A stretch of 64,000 bases of DNA from a virus (IMGVR_UViG_3300026549_000062:24266-88265); one strand, 5' to 3'. Counted from the first letter of the stretch, positions 10,485 through 20,449 are shown. Program-made: numbers and translations. Notes: a model not told the origin generated them from the letters alone.

Positions 10485-10931
10485 ATGTTTTTAAGTGGAG
10501 TTAAAAGAAAAAAATATATATTCGAAAAGGAAAAACTTATTAGAAGTATAACCGATATGAAGAATATACTAAATATTTACAAAAATATTAAAAATGAAGA
10601 TGAATTAGATAAATACATAATATCTCTAAATTTAAACGAATGCAGGATAAGAGATATTTTAGGATCTTATTATCCAATTTCAGAAATAATAAATATAAAT
10701 CCTCCAGAATATTTAAAAAACACATTCGAAGAAAATAAAAAAATTGTTGATATATTGGAAAAAGAAAAAGATGCATTTTATAATGAATTTTATGAGTTTT
10801 TATGTATATCTTCCGACTTTTATAAAAAAGCATTTAAGAATAATTTCATAGATTATCCATACAATTTAATAAATGAAGAAGTAAAGAAAATAATAATCTA
10901 TAGTTTTAGTAGAGGGATGTTCGACTATTAA
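10485..10931 (+). CDS. Partner protein of transglutaminase-like cassette 1
   Basis: Clear paralog of 12605-13078 (YIISLNL, KDAFYNEF, YPYNLI..., FDY). Confidence 0.75.
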   Translation: MFLSGVKRKKYIFEKEKLIRSITDMKNILNIYKNIKNEDELDKYIISLNLNECRIRDILGSYYPISEIININPPEYLKNTFEENKKIVDILEKEKDAFYNEFYEFLCISSDFYKKAFKNNFIDYPYNLINEEVKKIIIYSFSRGMFDY

Positions 10932-10952
10932 TCAAATAGGAAGGGTAATAAA

Positions 10953-11789
10953 ATGATAAATATAAATTTTAGTGATTCATTTAAATCTTTGTGTGAAAAT
11001 TATCAATTTGAGAATCCAAAAATGCTTATTAAATTTATAAATGATAATTTAGCACATGATGGATCTATTACAGGGGATTATAATATTCATAATATTCAAT
11101 GGCCCGAAATGTTATTGAAATCATGCATTGGTAATTGTATAGATTTATCAGTATTTGTTTATTATGTATATTACTATTTAAAGAATCTTCCATTTAAGAA
11201 ATATAAATATGATGCATGTATACTTTTAATGAATATATTGGCATTATCTATAGAAGATATGAGTAATAAAGAAAATGTTTATAGATTCTTTTCACATGCA
11301 GTTCCAATAATAAAAATCAATGATGATTTTTATGAAGTGAACTGTGATTCATATTTCTCTAAAAATGGTATGAAAATAAGAGATTCCAACTATATAGGGC
11401 CGTTCAAATCTTTTGAAGATGCTGCTAATAAAATATTTGGGTATTTTCAATCTACTATATTAAAATATAATGAAGGAAATTTTAAGAATTTTGAAAATAA
11501 ACAATATGAAAAATATTGTTTACTTTATGAAAAAGATATGAATTATATAAGTAGCTTTTATGGGAAAGAGAATATAAGGTAAAAAGATTTATTAAATAAT
11601 ATACCAAAAGCTAGAGAAATGCAATATCTATTCGATTCTGTAGTAAAAACAGTTAGTACTAATGTAATATATATGCCAACAAACAATAATACCTATCGTA
11701 TGATGAAATATTTAGGTTTTACAAAGTACAGTATAAATAAAAATCTAAAATCATCATATTATAAAACAAAATTATTTAAATCAAAATAA
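10953..11789 (+). pseudogene. Transglutaminase-like Cys-His-Asp enzyme, cassette 1, with in-frame TAA at 11580-11582
   Basis: WPE..LK..IGNCIDLS, HAVP, NCD; frame continues 68 codons past the stop and ends SSYYKTKLFKSK like paralog NSYIKTKMFKCQ. Confidence 0.7.
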
Positions 11790-11919
11790 TAGAACAACAA
11801 ATATATAAGCGATCAATATTCAAACATGCTTCGCTTCTTCTTTTATTCCATGGATGCTGTAATAGCATCCATGGTCTTAATGTGTAAAATATAAATATCT
11901 GTACAAAGGAGTGTTGAAT

Positions 11920-12546
11920 ATGTATAGACTTGTTATGCATAACAAGCCAAAAGATCCAGTTTATGATGAACAAATCATAGATACAGTTTTATATGAAGGA
12001 GATGATGTAGAAAAACTAATGTATCTATATACGTGTTACAATTATTTCTATAAAGATAAAGAAAATTATACATTAGAAGCAACTAAACATGAAAATCTAA
12101 ATATTCCAGATGTAGATATGCTTCTTATGTGTGTTCAAAAAGCATATATGGATAATGGAAGAATTATGAGATTTGAACAATATGATCTTATTCATGAAGA
12201 TGGATATCTAAAAAATGATGAAGCAGTAAATAGAGCTTTAGATAGAGTTATTAAAAATAGCTTCCAAAATTATTGTGTATTAGATAAAGATGGTAACGTT
12301 GTAGATATTCCTGTGGATATTACAATTCCAAAAAATTATAAAGATATTCTTCCAGAAGAGAAAGTCTTTAAAGTATATAAGGTAGAAGATCCAAGAAATG
12401 TTAACAAAGAAGATTTGAATAATAATCCAGATATACTGGTTGCATGGAAACATGTATATGTAAAGCCATCTAATATAAATGTAGTAAAGCTTAATTGTTT
12501 TAATATGTTACAAACTATCATTGAATCATACGTTGAAAGAAAATAA
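11920..12546 (+). CDS. Hypothetical protein
   Basis: ORF track; start moved to ATG after AAAGGAG. Confidence 0.7.
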   Translation: MYRLVMHNKPKDPVYDEQIIDTVLYEGDDVEKLMYLYTCYNYFYKDKENYTLEATKHENLNIPDVDMLLMCVQKAYMDNGRIMRFEQYDLIHEDGYLKNDEAVNRALDRVIKNSFQNYCVLDKDGNVVDIPVDITIPKNYKDILPEEKVFKVYKVEDPRNVNKEDLNNNPDILVAWKHVYVKPSNINVVKLNCFNMLQTIIESYVERK

Positions 12547-12554
12547 ATAGTATA

Positions 12555-12590
12555 ATAGGAGTAGACTAATTGTCTACTCCTATTATTTTG
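12555..12590 (+). terminator. Intrinsic terminator
   Basis: AATAGGAGTAGAC/GTCTACTCCTATT then T-rich tail. Confidence 0.7.
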
Positions 12591-12604
12591 TATTTGAAAG
12601 GAAA

Positions 12605-13078
12605 ATGTATATGTCATGTTTAGATATCTATAAAGCAAATTTTAAATATAATTTTGATAAAAAAGAAATTATAAGTTCTCTAAAAATAATGCTATCTATA
12701 ATCAAAACTTACAATTCTGGAAATTATAATTATGAATATATAATTTCACTAGATCTATCAGATATAATGTGTTATAATGTATTATCTTATCACTATTACA
12801 ATGTATTTGAAAATCCTAATGATAAAGCTGTGAACGTAATAAAAAATAGGAATAATATTATCATTTATGAATTATTGACTAATCATAAAGATGATTTTTA
12901 TAATATCTTTTCTAAATATTGTTTTAGCAAATCAAAGAATTTTTATATAGAAGCAATTAGAAACAAATTCTCTGAATATCCGTACAATTTGATAAAAGAA
13001 AGAAATAGGAAAATAGTGTTTAATCTTCTATTTGGTGATTTTTACGATTATTCAAAGGGGAAGTTATCATTATGGTAA
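12605..13078 (+). CDS. Partner protein of transglutaminase-like cassette 2
   Basis: Paralog of 10485-10931; overlaps next gene by 7 nt. Confidence 0.75.
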   Translation: MYMSCLDIYKANFKYNFDKKEIISSLKIMLSIIKTYNSGNYNYEYIISLDLSDIMCYNVLSYHYYNVFENPNDKAVNVIKNRNNIIIYELLTNHKDDFYNIFSKYCFSKSKNFYIEAIRNKFSEYPYNLIKERNRKIVFNLLFGDFYDYSKGKLSLW

Positions 13079-13926
13079 TTTATTCTAAGGAATTCTCTGA
13101 ATTTTGTGATTCACTAAATTTAGACGATCCAGGAAAATTAATAGATTTTTTAAACAACAATATATATCATGATGGAACATTTTTTGATCCATCATTAGGT
13201 AGATTGAATAGTAAACATATAATGCAATGGCCAGAATTAACTATAAAGAAAAGATGCGGGGATTGCGTAGATTTAGCCTACTTAGTATATTCTATTTATC
13301 AATATTTCAAATCTAGACCATTATTGAATAGATATGATTCTGCAATAATGCTTTTAATATCAGTAGCTACAACAATTGATGATTTGAGTAATAGAAATAA
13401 TGATAAGAGGATTTTTGCACATGCTATTCCTATGATAAGTCTAGATGATGATGTTTATATTGTAAACTGCGATTCATGCTACGATAATAAAGGGAACAAA
13501 ATAAAAAATTCATCTTTATTTGGTTCATTTAAATCTTTTGATTTAGCATCAGGAAAATTATTTGAACTTTGGCAATTGGAAGTAACCAAAATAGAACATA
13601 GTCCAATTTTATTCAAAGGGCAAAGATATTTACAATATTGTGTATTGTATGAAAAAGACTTAGAACCAATAGATAAATATTATGGAAATACTATGATGTA
13701 CCAAGGAGAAATACTAAATAAAATATATAAAGTACAAGTTATAACCAAAAATATAGAAGAGTCTTTAAATATGACTATCAAAACAGGCATGTCTGATAGA
13801 GTTACATATGTTAATATGCATCTAAACAATAAAAAGGTTGCAAAATTCTTTAATCAAACTATGCAATCTATAAAGAGAGATTATAAAAACTCTTATATTA
13901 AAACTAAAATGTTTAAATGTCAATAA
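13072..13926 (+). CDS. Transglutaminase-like Cys-His-Asp enzyme, cassette 2
   Basis: QWPELTIKKRCGDCVDLA, HAIP, NCD, GSFKSF. Confidence 0.75.
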   Translation: MVIYSKEFSEFCDSLNLDDPGKLIDFLNNNIYHDGTFFDPSLGRLNSKHIMQWPELTIKKRCGDCVDLAYLVYSIYQYFKSRPLLNRYDSAIMLLISVATTIDDLSNRNNDKRIFAHAIPMISLDDDVYIVNCDSCYDNKGNKIKNSSLFGSFKSFDLASGKLFELWQLEVTKIEHSPILFKGQRYLQYCVLYEKDLEPIDKYYGNTMMYQGEILNKIYKVQVITKNIEESLNMTIKTGMSDRVTYVNMHLNNKKVAKFFNQTMQSIKRDYKNSYIKTKMFKCQ

Positions 13927-13979
13927 CAAATAATTAATAGGATAATTTGTAAAAATCAACCTATTTCTTTCTTTTAAAA

Positions 13980-14004
13980 GGGGTAGTGGAAATTCCACTA
14001 CCCC
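13980..14004 (+). terminator. Intrinsic terminator
   Basis: GGGGTAGTGGAA/TTCCACTACCCC. Confidence 0.75.
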
Positions 14005-14080
14005 TATTTATGTGTAAAAATCAATATTTTTAGTTACATACTATAGCGGTGCAAAGTCAACAATATATAAAGATAAGGAG

Positions 14081-14356
14081 TTGTTTATCATGTATTTTGG
14101 TATGTTCTCTGGCGATGCTCTTGTTGATTTCCTTCTGTTTTCGTACCTGATGGTGACGGTTGTTTATAACACTGTCACCCATCGTTGGAAGGAATACTTC
14201 AAGGAGGGATGGTATGGTATGAACTGTCCTGAATGCTTGAACGCTATGTGGAATCTGAAAATCACAAAGATCTTCCGCGTGGCTCTTGTCGTGATTCTTC
14301 AGGGAATCATTGATTTCGTTTCTCTCTCCGTCCAAATTATCAAAGGGCGGAGATGA
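14081..14356 (+). CDS. Small hydrophobic early protein, GC-richer codon usage
   Basis: Own early promoter, RBS AAGGAG, UUCG-loop terminator. Confidence 0.7.
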   Translation: MFIMYFGMFSGDALVDFLLFSYLMVTVVYNTVTHRWKEYFKEGWYGMNCPECLNAMWNLKITKIFRVALVVILQGIIDFVSLSVQIIKGRR

Positions 14357-14469
14357 GAAACAAAAACAACGAAATGGCGGGACTTCGGTCTCGTCATTTT
14401 TGCCTTAATAGCCTAATTCTGACATAATGATAAGATAAACATTTTTTTAAATAAGGAGATGATTGGAGG

Positions 14470-14766
14470 GTGTTGGACGAAATTATAAATCCTGATAAAC
14501 AGTATGAAGAACTTCTAACAGACAATAGTAAATATAAGATAAGAGTGGATTTCTTAAAAGAAGAAGCAAAAGCATTTGTTAAATTAAAAACAATGATAGA
14601 TAATTGCTCTAGTGAGAAATCATTCTTGGAAAATTTAGACGAAATGATCGGATTGTGTAATAAGATTAGAAGCGTGAGCTTAAACATACTGTATGATAAA
14701 TACAAGATATATCAAATAAAGAAACGCAATTATATAAGAAAACTAAGAGAAAAAATTCAAAGATGA
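14470..14766 (+). CDS. Hypothetical protein
   Basis: GTG start after GGAGG; terminator hairpin follows. Confidence 0.65.
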   Translation: MLDEIINPDKQYEELLTDNSKYKIRVDFLKEEAKAFVKLKTMIDNCSSEKSFLENLDEMIGLCNKIRSVSLNILYDKYKIYQIKKRNYIRKLREKIQR

Positions 14767-14893
14767 TACACCTAGATCGAGTGATCTAGGTGTTAAAATT
14801 GTTTGTAAATATATTTTTTTCATTTACATACTATAGTAGTGATAGCAGTACAAGATACGTAAGACTATCGTATACTATATAGGAGGAATAGTT

Positions 14894-15193
14894 ATGACAA
14901 GAACCGAAATGGATCTGTTCGGTCAGCTCCTCAGTCACAGTGCTGATGGATCAATGGCCGAAATGGGGGATATCCACAGTTTGTGCGACCATATCTCCGA
15001 ATTCGGACTCCGCGACGAACTCCAGTACAAGATCGCCAAACTCGCATTGGTGAACTGGGTTGGTTCTACCCCTATGAGCGATATTAATCGTGACCGTCAG
15101 TTGATCAAGGCTGCAGTTGAGTATTACGAGCTCCGCCACGACATCAGCCAGCAGAAGAGAGAGCTTAGCGATATAGACATCTTCTACTACTAA
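14894..15193 (+). CDS. Small early protein, GC-richer codon usage
   Basis: Early promoter 14823, conserved leader, RBS AGGAGG. Confidence 0.75.
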   Translation: MTRTEMDLFGQLLSHSADGSMAEMGDIHSLCDHISEFGLRDELQYKIAKLALVNWVGSTPMSDINRDRQLIKAAVEYYELRHDISQQKRELSDIDIFYY

Positions 15194-15315
15194 TTTCAGT
15201 AGAAAGAAGGAAAATGAACTTGAGGAGTCATTTGTATAGTGACTCCTTATTTTTTATTAAATTTAGTTTCATTTACATACTATAATACTGAAAGTATATC
15301 ATTAAGGAGGTAAAA

Positions 15316-15513
15316 ATGTTATTCATATTTTGTTTACTATCTTTTAGTATTGGTATTAAATATGGAATGCTTAAAAGTTTAAAAGAAGAAGAGAACGCTA
15401 AACCATCTTTTATTCTAAGAATTCTATATTCATTAGTACCTGCTATGAAAGTTTATATTATTTACCAAATCTATTTATTCATTACTAAATTAAAAATTAT
15501 ATTTGGAATCTAA
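15316..15513 (+). CDS. Small membrane protein
   Basis: Two hydrophobic segments; RBS AAGGAGG; early promoter 15272. Confidence 0.65.
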   Translation: MLFIFCLLSFSIGIKYGMLKSLKEEENAKPSFILRILYSLVPAMKVYIIYQIYLFITKLKIIFGI

Positions 15514-15526
15514 GGAGCATTTTACT

Positions 15527-15694
15527 ATGAATCTTTCTGAATTGGACCATATAATCAAATACGTCATTTCCAATCCATCTCTTAATAGAGATGGATTTGT
15601 TCGTCTGCTAAATAAGATTAGTAAATACTATGATGATATGAAATTACTAAAATATTCTACTCCAATGGAGGTATATAATGATTTAATCCATTAA
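15527..15694 (+). CDS. Small hypothetical protein
   Basis: ATG after AAGGAG. Confidence 0.55.
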   Translation: MNLSELDHIIKYVISNPSLNRDGFVRLLNKISKYYDDMKLLKYSTPMEVYNDLIH

Positions 15695-15917
15695 AAACAC
15701 AAAGGAGTATGCAGGATGGAACCGAACCCATCCTGCATTTTTTGGAAATGAACTCAAGAAAAAGAAGACAGAAAATAGGATACTTTTAAAATATAGTGTA
15801 TGTGGAAGGAGGACTATATTGCATAATATAACCCATGCCAAATTATATTATGCTACGGAAATAAGACGGAAAATTATTTCCTTAAAAATATCCTATTACT
15901 ATATTGTTCCGGGATAT

Positions 15918-17210
15918 TTATTTTCTAACAGCATAACACTTTTCCATATATTCTTTACTGTCATCATCTGTAGTGGATGATGACGTATTATCTGTCTGCA
16001 AAGACATAGCATAATCTTTTATTATATACATAAGAATTGGTATTTCATAAAATAGATCTTTAGAATATCTATAATTGAGATTTATAAGATTATCTATTTC
16101 CACATCATTTACAGAGAAATCTTCATTATTCATATAATTGATAATGATATTTCTATATATAGGATTCTTTATATCATCTTCATCATAAGGCAAATTATTT
16201 TGTATTCTATCAAATAGATCATTATCTAACCAATTTATAGGATGCTGGAGTGAATGATGAAGATTTATAGACAATTCAAAATAATCTTCCATTCTATCTA
16301 CTAATAGACTATTTGGATCGTGAACAGGAACTGGATAGCAGCTATTAGTATGAAGTAATGGTTCTTTATTTTCCACATCTCTAAATATTGTATGATCATA
16401 CTCTATTGCAAATGTAGATGGGATATGAACTGCTTGAGATACGTAGAGATATGATTCATCATCTGTTACATAGAGTCTATTACGTATAATAAACTCTGTT
16501 AAATATGGATCATATATAAACATATCTAAATATCCATATATGAATGCTTGTACATTTCTTCTATAAAATAGATTCATATAGTAAGACTTTAGAGTGCTAT
16601 ATATAGAATCTAATTTAGAAATTAACTGTGCATCAGACGATTCTAGTAATGCTATAAAGTTAGATCCAGCATTAGACGGTATATATTCGTATTCTTTAAC
16701 AAGTTGACGATTATTTAGAGACTCTAAATAATCTTCTCTTGTATTGTCTAGTACAAAGTCTATTTTATAAAAATTAGCACCGGATTCTATTGTATCATTT
16801 GATACTTTGTTTACTCTAAACAATAATGACTTATCTTTAGCATAAGTAATTGTAAAATAATCATCTGGAAATGGTATTAAAGTATTTGGTAATATTAAAG
16901 CTTCTCCTTGAAGAGGAGAGGATTCTATACCATATTCTTCTAGATTAAGATCTACTATAAAACGCGGAATACCATATAATTGGAAGTTGTTTATCTTATT
17001 ATATCTTAATGGAGACTTTTCTCCTAATTGATCGTAAGTTGTCTTAGATCCTTGATCTAAAGTTGACTTCTTCGTGTTTATATTCCAGTATGTAACGGTA
17101 GTAGGTTTCTTATCAGAAAACTTATAATAAGGATTATCTAATCTATTTTGAAGTCCAGTAACAAGACTATCTACAGTAGTCCTATAGGTTGTATTAGTGA
17201 AGTTGCCCAA
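15918..17210 (-). CDS. Virion structural protein, possibly neck/head-closure type
   Basis: Late promoter 17238-17249; GEALILPNTLIPFPDDYF...FRV..V pattern resembles head-tail joining beta-barrels. Confidence 0.5.
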   Translation of the reverse strand: MGNFTNTTYRTTVDSLVTGLQNRLDNPYYKFSDKKPTTVTYWNINTKKSTLDQGSKTTYDQLGEKSPLRYNKINNFQLYGIPRFIVDLNLEEYGIESSPLQGEALILPNTLIPFPDDYFTITYAKDKSLLFRVNKVSNDTIESGANFYKIDFVLDNTREDYLESLNNRQLVKEYEYIPSNAGSNFIALLESSDAQLISKLDSIYSTLKSYYMNLFYRRNVQAFIYGYLDMFIYDPYLTEFIIRNRLYVTDDESYLYVSQAVHIPSTFAIEYDHTIFRDVENKEPLLHTNSCYPVPVHDPNSLLVDRMEDYFELSINLHHSLQHPINWLDNDLFDRIQNNLPYDEDDIKNPIYRNIIINYMNNEDFSVNDVEIDNLINLNYRYSKDLFYEIPILMYIIKDYAMSLQTDNTSSSTTDDDSKEYMEKCYAVRK

Positions 17211-17275
17211 CGTATTTCTCTCCTTCCATATTTCTATTAACTAGATGTGGAAGAAAGCTATTAAGGAGGATATTC

Positions 17276-17923
17276 ATGGTATACTATGTGTTAAAAGAAA
17301 TCAAAAACAATAAGTTTAAAAATGTTGCGTTCTTTAAAGATAGAGAAGAAGCTGAGAAGTTAAGAGACAAATTAGAAAATATATCTATAAATGGTTCTGA
17401 TTGGTGGTATGAAACTGATAAAAAGAATCATATTGACCATTCTGTATTAAGGGGACAAAATATAACTTATTATAAAATCGAATGTGAAGGATTTAATTTG
17501 TTAAATAGTGCTGATGATTATGTAATTGAAGAACAAAAAGATTCTAAAGAAAAGTACAAATATTTATTAATTAATATTTATGCTTTAAGATCAGAGAAAG
17601 ATAAAAATGAATTTGAATTAGATATGTATTCTGAAAGATGTGAAGAGATTGAGCATAATTATATGATTAAGAGAGTTACAGAGCAGGATATTTCTCTGTT
17701 TGGTATAGATATAACTAGAAGATGCCTGATGTATTCGGATGCTATTGATGTTAGAGATATCAAAACATTTAATGAATTAGATAAGAAAGTATCAAATATA
17801 GTAGATGAAGGGCAAGCGCACCTTACTTTAGCTATATCAAGACGTTATCACTCTAAAAATATTATCAATCTTATTGATACCCAAAAGATGTTGTATACTA
17901 AATATGATTATATAGATGATTGA
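17276..17923 (+). CDS. Hypothetical, member of the F..xEEA N-terminal motif family
   Basis: Paralog of 18009-18428 (F..xEEA.KL..xLE.ISIN...WWYETD). Confidence 0.75.
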   Translation: MVYYVLKEIKNNKFKNVAFFKDREEAEKLRDKLENISINGSDWWYETDKKNHIDHSVLRGQNITYYKIECEGFNLLNSADDYVIEEQKDSKEKYKYLLINIYALRSEKDKNEFELDMYSERCEEIEHNYMIKRVTEQDISLFGIDITRRCLMYSDAIDVRDIKTFNELDKKVSNIVDEGQAHLTLAISRRYHSKNIINLIDTQKMLYTKYDYIDD

Positions 17924-18008
17924 TTAAATTTAAAAAATACTAAAAATGTATGAATAAAAATATATCTATTGTCTAAATGGAAACAAAACTATCTAGGAGA
18001 AAATAACC

Positions 18009-18428
18009 TTGAAAGTATTTGTGTTAAAAAAGACTGTAAATAATAAAGAAGAAATTATAGCACTTTTTAGAAATAAAGAGGAAGCGCAAAAATTAAAAAA
18101 TAGATTAGAATTTATTTCTATCAATGATCCTAATTGGTGGTATGAAACAGATGCTCTTTATAGTAAATGTGGAGGGAAAACTGATAAATTAAATTTTATG
18201 TATAGTAGAAATATTCCATATTATAAAATTGAGGATAAAGAATATACATTATTTGACGATGCTGATGATTATACTACTGGAGATATTAAAATTTGCCCTT
18301 CTAAAAAATTTCTAATTATTTACGTAATTGCTGTTAAAGATAAAGTAGAAAAAATTTCTCATACCATTTTCAAAGGGTATAATATAAAAGAAATAAAATT
18401 GATAAGAGATTATGATGATTTAGATTAA
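18009..18428 (+). CDS. Paralog of 17276-17923, possibly C-terminally truncated
   Basis: Strong similarity over ~90 aa; shorter; followed by broken frames. Confidence 0.65.
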   Translation: MKVFVLKKTVNNKEEIIALFRNKEEAQKLKNRLEFISINDPNWWYETDALYSKCGGKTDKLNFMYSRNIPYYKIEDKEYTLFDDADDYTTGDIKICPSKKFLIIYVIAVKDKVEKISHTIFKGYNIKEIKLIRDYDDLD

Positions 18429-18623
18429 GAGGAAAATATATAATGGAATATTCATTAAGAAAAAGATAACAAAAGATAGAAAGACCGGTAAAATATTATT
18501 TAGAGAAGATCTGCCAAATAAATATGCAGATATAAGAATGGGAAGAACGTAAAGAAAAGATATGGAATTCCATGGAAGCTAAAGTGAAAGAATACGAAGA
18601 GTATGTAAAGAGGAGGTCTAATA

Positions 18624-19247
18624 ATGAAGATATATAATCTTGTAAGATATGTATTGGAAGAAAAAATTAAACATAATGAAGATGAAAGCAATGAGTTTTC
18701 ATCTATTGCAGACTATTTTAATTCTCACACTATAATTAAAGAAAGAACAATTATTAAGTCGTTTAAAGATTTATCTTTAGCGCAAAGATATTTAGACTAT
18801 ATAAATTTTAGAGATTTATATATGAATTTTGATGATTCATATAGTTATCAGATAGAAGAAATAGATCTAGATAAGGAAGATGAAGAAAACAAAATGGAAT
18901 ATTGTTGTTTTCTAGATAATAGTAAAGTGATTAAAGAAGTTCTTGTAGAATGCGTTATCAGAGTAGATGATATGGATTATAACCAGGTAAATGTGTTAAA
19001 ATATTTTGTTTGTCCTCCCAAGTACTATAATGGTACTAATATGAAAATAGATAAACCATATACAGAAAATTGTATGGATGGTTATACAGACTATTGTTAC
19101 AATTTCATTATTAAATATAATTTTAAAGAAGATATTAAAGACTTTGTAAAGAGACTTGAAGATAAATGTAAAGAAATTATTGATAAACACTTTAAAGATC
19201 TAGATGTAAAACGTATTGAATTTGCTAGATATGAGGATGAATTGTAA
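18624..19247 (+). CDS. Hypothetical, same N-terminal motif family (distant)
   Basis: IIKSFKDLSLAQRYLDY; RBS GAGGAGG. Confidence 0.7.
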   Translation: MKIYNLVRYVLEEKIKHNEDESNEFSSIADYFNSHTIIKERTIIKSFKDLSLAQRYLDYINFRDLYMNFDDSYSYQIEEIDLDKEDEENKMEYCCFLDNSKVIKEVLVECVIRVDDMDYNQVNVLKYFVCPPKYYNGTNMKIDKPYTENCMDGYTDYCYNFIIKYNFKEDIKDFVKRLEDKCKEIIDKHFKDLDVKRIEFARYEDEL

Positions 19248-19333
19248 AAATCTTTCCATTTATATACTATATATTTGATACCATATGTAATATGGTAAAG
19301 ACTATTCATATTATATACTAAGGAGAAATTAAA

Positions 19334-19639
19334 ATAAAAGAATATCAGGCACGTAAATGCAAAGAAAATAATTCAAAAAATTATATTGTAGAATGTGTAT
19401 TTGATATTGACCAGATGATTTTCTACAATAAACCTAATGTATTAGGTTTTATGGTTAAGGAAATTAAAGATGAAGAATTAGAGAATTATACTATTAGCAA
19501 AATATACCAACAGGGTAATTACGTGAAATATAACTTCAATGGTACTTATCCATTAGATATTCGATTAAAAGATGTATTATTGTTTATTGAAAAAGACGTA
19601 AAACAAATTGCTAAGGATAAATTTAAAAATAATAAATAG
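19334..19639 (+). CDS. Hypothetical protein with apparent ATA start
   Basis: Frame of track ORF 19415-19639 is open back to ATA at 19334, 8 nt after AAGGAG; early-type promoter 19259. Confidence 0.5.
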   Translation: MKEYQARKCKENNSKNYIVECVFDIDQMIFYNKPNVLGFMVKEIKDEELENYTISKIYQQGNYVKYNFNGTYPLDIRLKDVLLFIEKDVKQIAKDKFKNNK

Positions 19640-19645
19640 AAAGGT

Positions 19646-19927
19646 TTGGGATATATGATATTTAGAATTAAAAGTGCAAAGAAACCATATTGTCGTAATG
19701 ATGATGAATTATATAATAGTTTAATTTCAGAATATCCTATTTTAAAGAAATATAACTTTAGAAAAACTGAAAATGAAACATTTGGAGATTATTTACTTAT
19801 AAATATAGAAGATTTAGAAAGCTTTTTAAAATTCCAAGAGGAATTAAAAGAAGATATTATTTATAAAGGAAAATTTGAGGATGAAGATTATCCTACTTTG
19901 GTTATTTATGACGATTATGTAGAATAA
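19646..19927 (+). CDS. Hypothetical protein
   Basis: 93-aa ORF in operon. Confidence 0.65.
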   Translation: MGYMIFRIKSAKKPYCRNDDELYNSLISEYPILKKYNFRKTENETFGDYLLINIEDLESFLKFQEELKEDIIYKGKFEDEDYPTLVIYDDYVE

Positions 19928-19937
19928 AATATATTAT

Positions 19938-20438
19938 ATGGGTATGGATATAAATCCATACCCATATAATATTTCTAGAGAAAAGGAGAAGAAAATGATT
20001 CATAAGATATTCAGTAATAAAATTAAAGGTGTAAAAAATGGAGAATACAATATAGTGCATTTGTTCTTGCATGATCATATGATGAGGATTATCTTTCCTC
20101 CATGTTTTAAAAAGCAAGTAATAAATATTGTTGGTAATTATGGATTTTATGTAGGGTTTAGATGTAAAAGACCAATTGGAAAGAAGCTTAGCGAATATAT
20201 TGAAGATCAAATCTATGATGGGCTAGAAGAAATTGATAATGATGGTATCAATATCTATATCTACATTGTAGAAGATAAAGATGAAATAAATAAAACTAGA
20301 AATGAAATGAGAAAAGCAGATTTTGAGAGAAAGAATAAAGACTTATTAAAAGAATGCAATTACAAGTATAAGCAATGTAAATTAAAAGGCCCTATCAAAG
20401 GAGATTATAAAGGGCTTTTATTCAGCAAAGATAAATAA
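19938..20438 (+). CDS. Hypothetical protein
   Basis: 166-aa ORF in operon. Confidence 0.6.
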   Translation: MGMDINPYPYNISREKEKKMIHKIFSNKIKGVKNGEYNIVHLFLHDHMMRIIFPPCFKKQVINIVGNYGFYVGFRCKRPIGKKLSEYIEDQIYDGLEEIDNDGINIYIYIVEDKDEINKTRNEMRKADFERKNKDLLKECNYKYKQCKLKGPIKGDYKGLLFSKDK

Positions 20439-20449
20439 AGGAGGAAATT

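Noticed and set aside
11580-11582. Genome-wide stop-codon reassignment
   Set aside because: Core genes are intact in code 11 and end in TAA, TAG or TGA; only one clear in-frame stop was found.
14057-14335. Antisense ORFs mirroring GC-richer genes (also 21850-22131, 39931-40197, 60514-60894, 31910-32224)
   Set aside because: Expected shadow of biased codon usage; no RBS or promoter, whereas the sense genes have both.
14361-14372. CAAAAACAACGA shared after genes 14081-14356 and 60580-60870
   Set aside because: Short A-rich match in terminator context; too weak to claim a shared element.
18430-18640. Readthrough-recoded extension of 18009-18428
   Set aside because: Several stops and frame changes are needed; decay is the simpler explanation.
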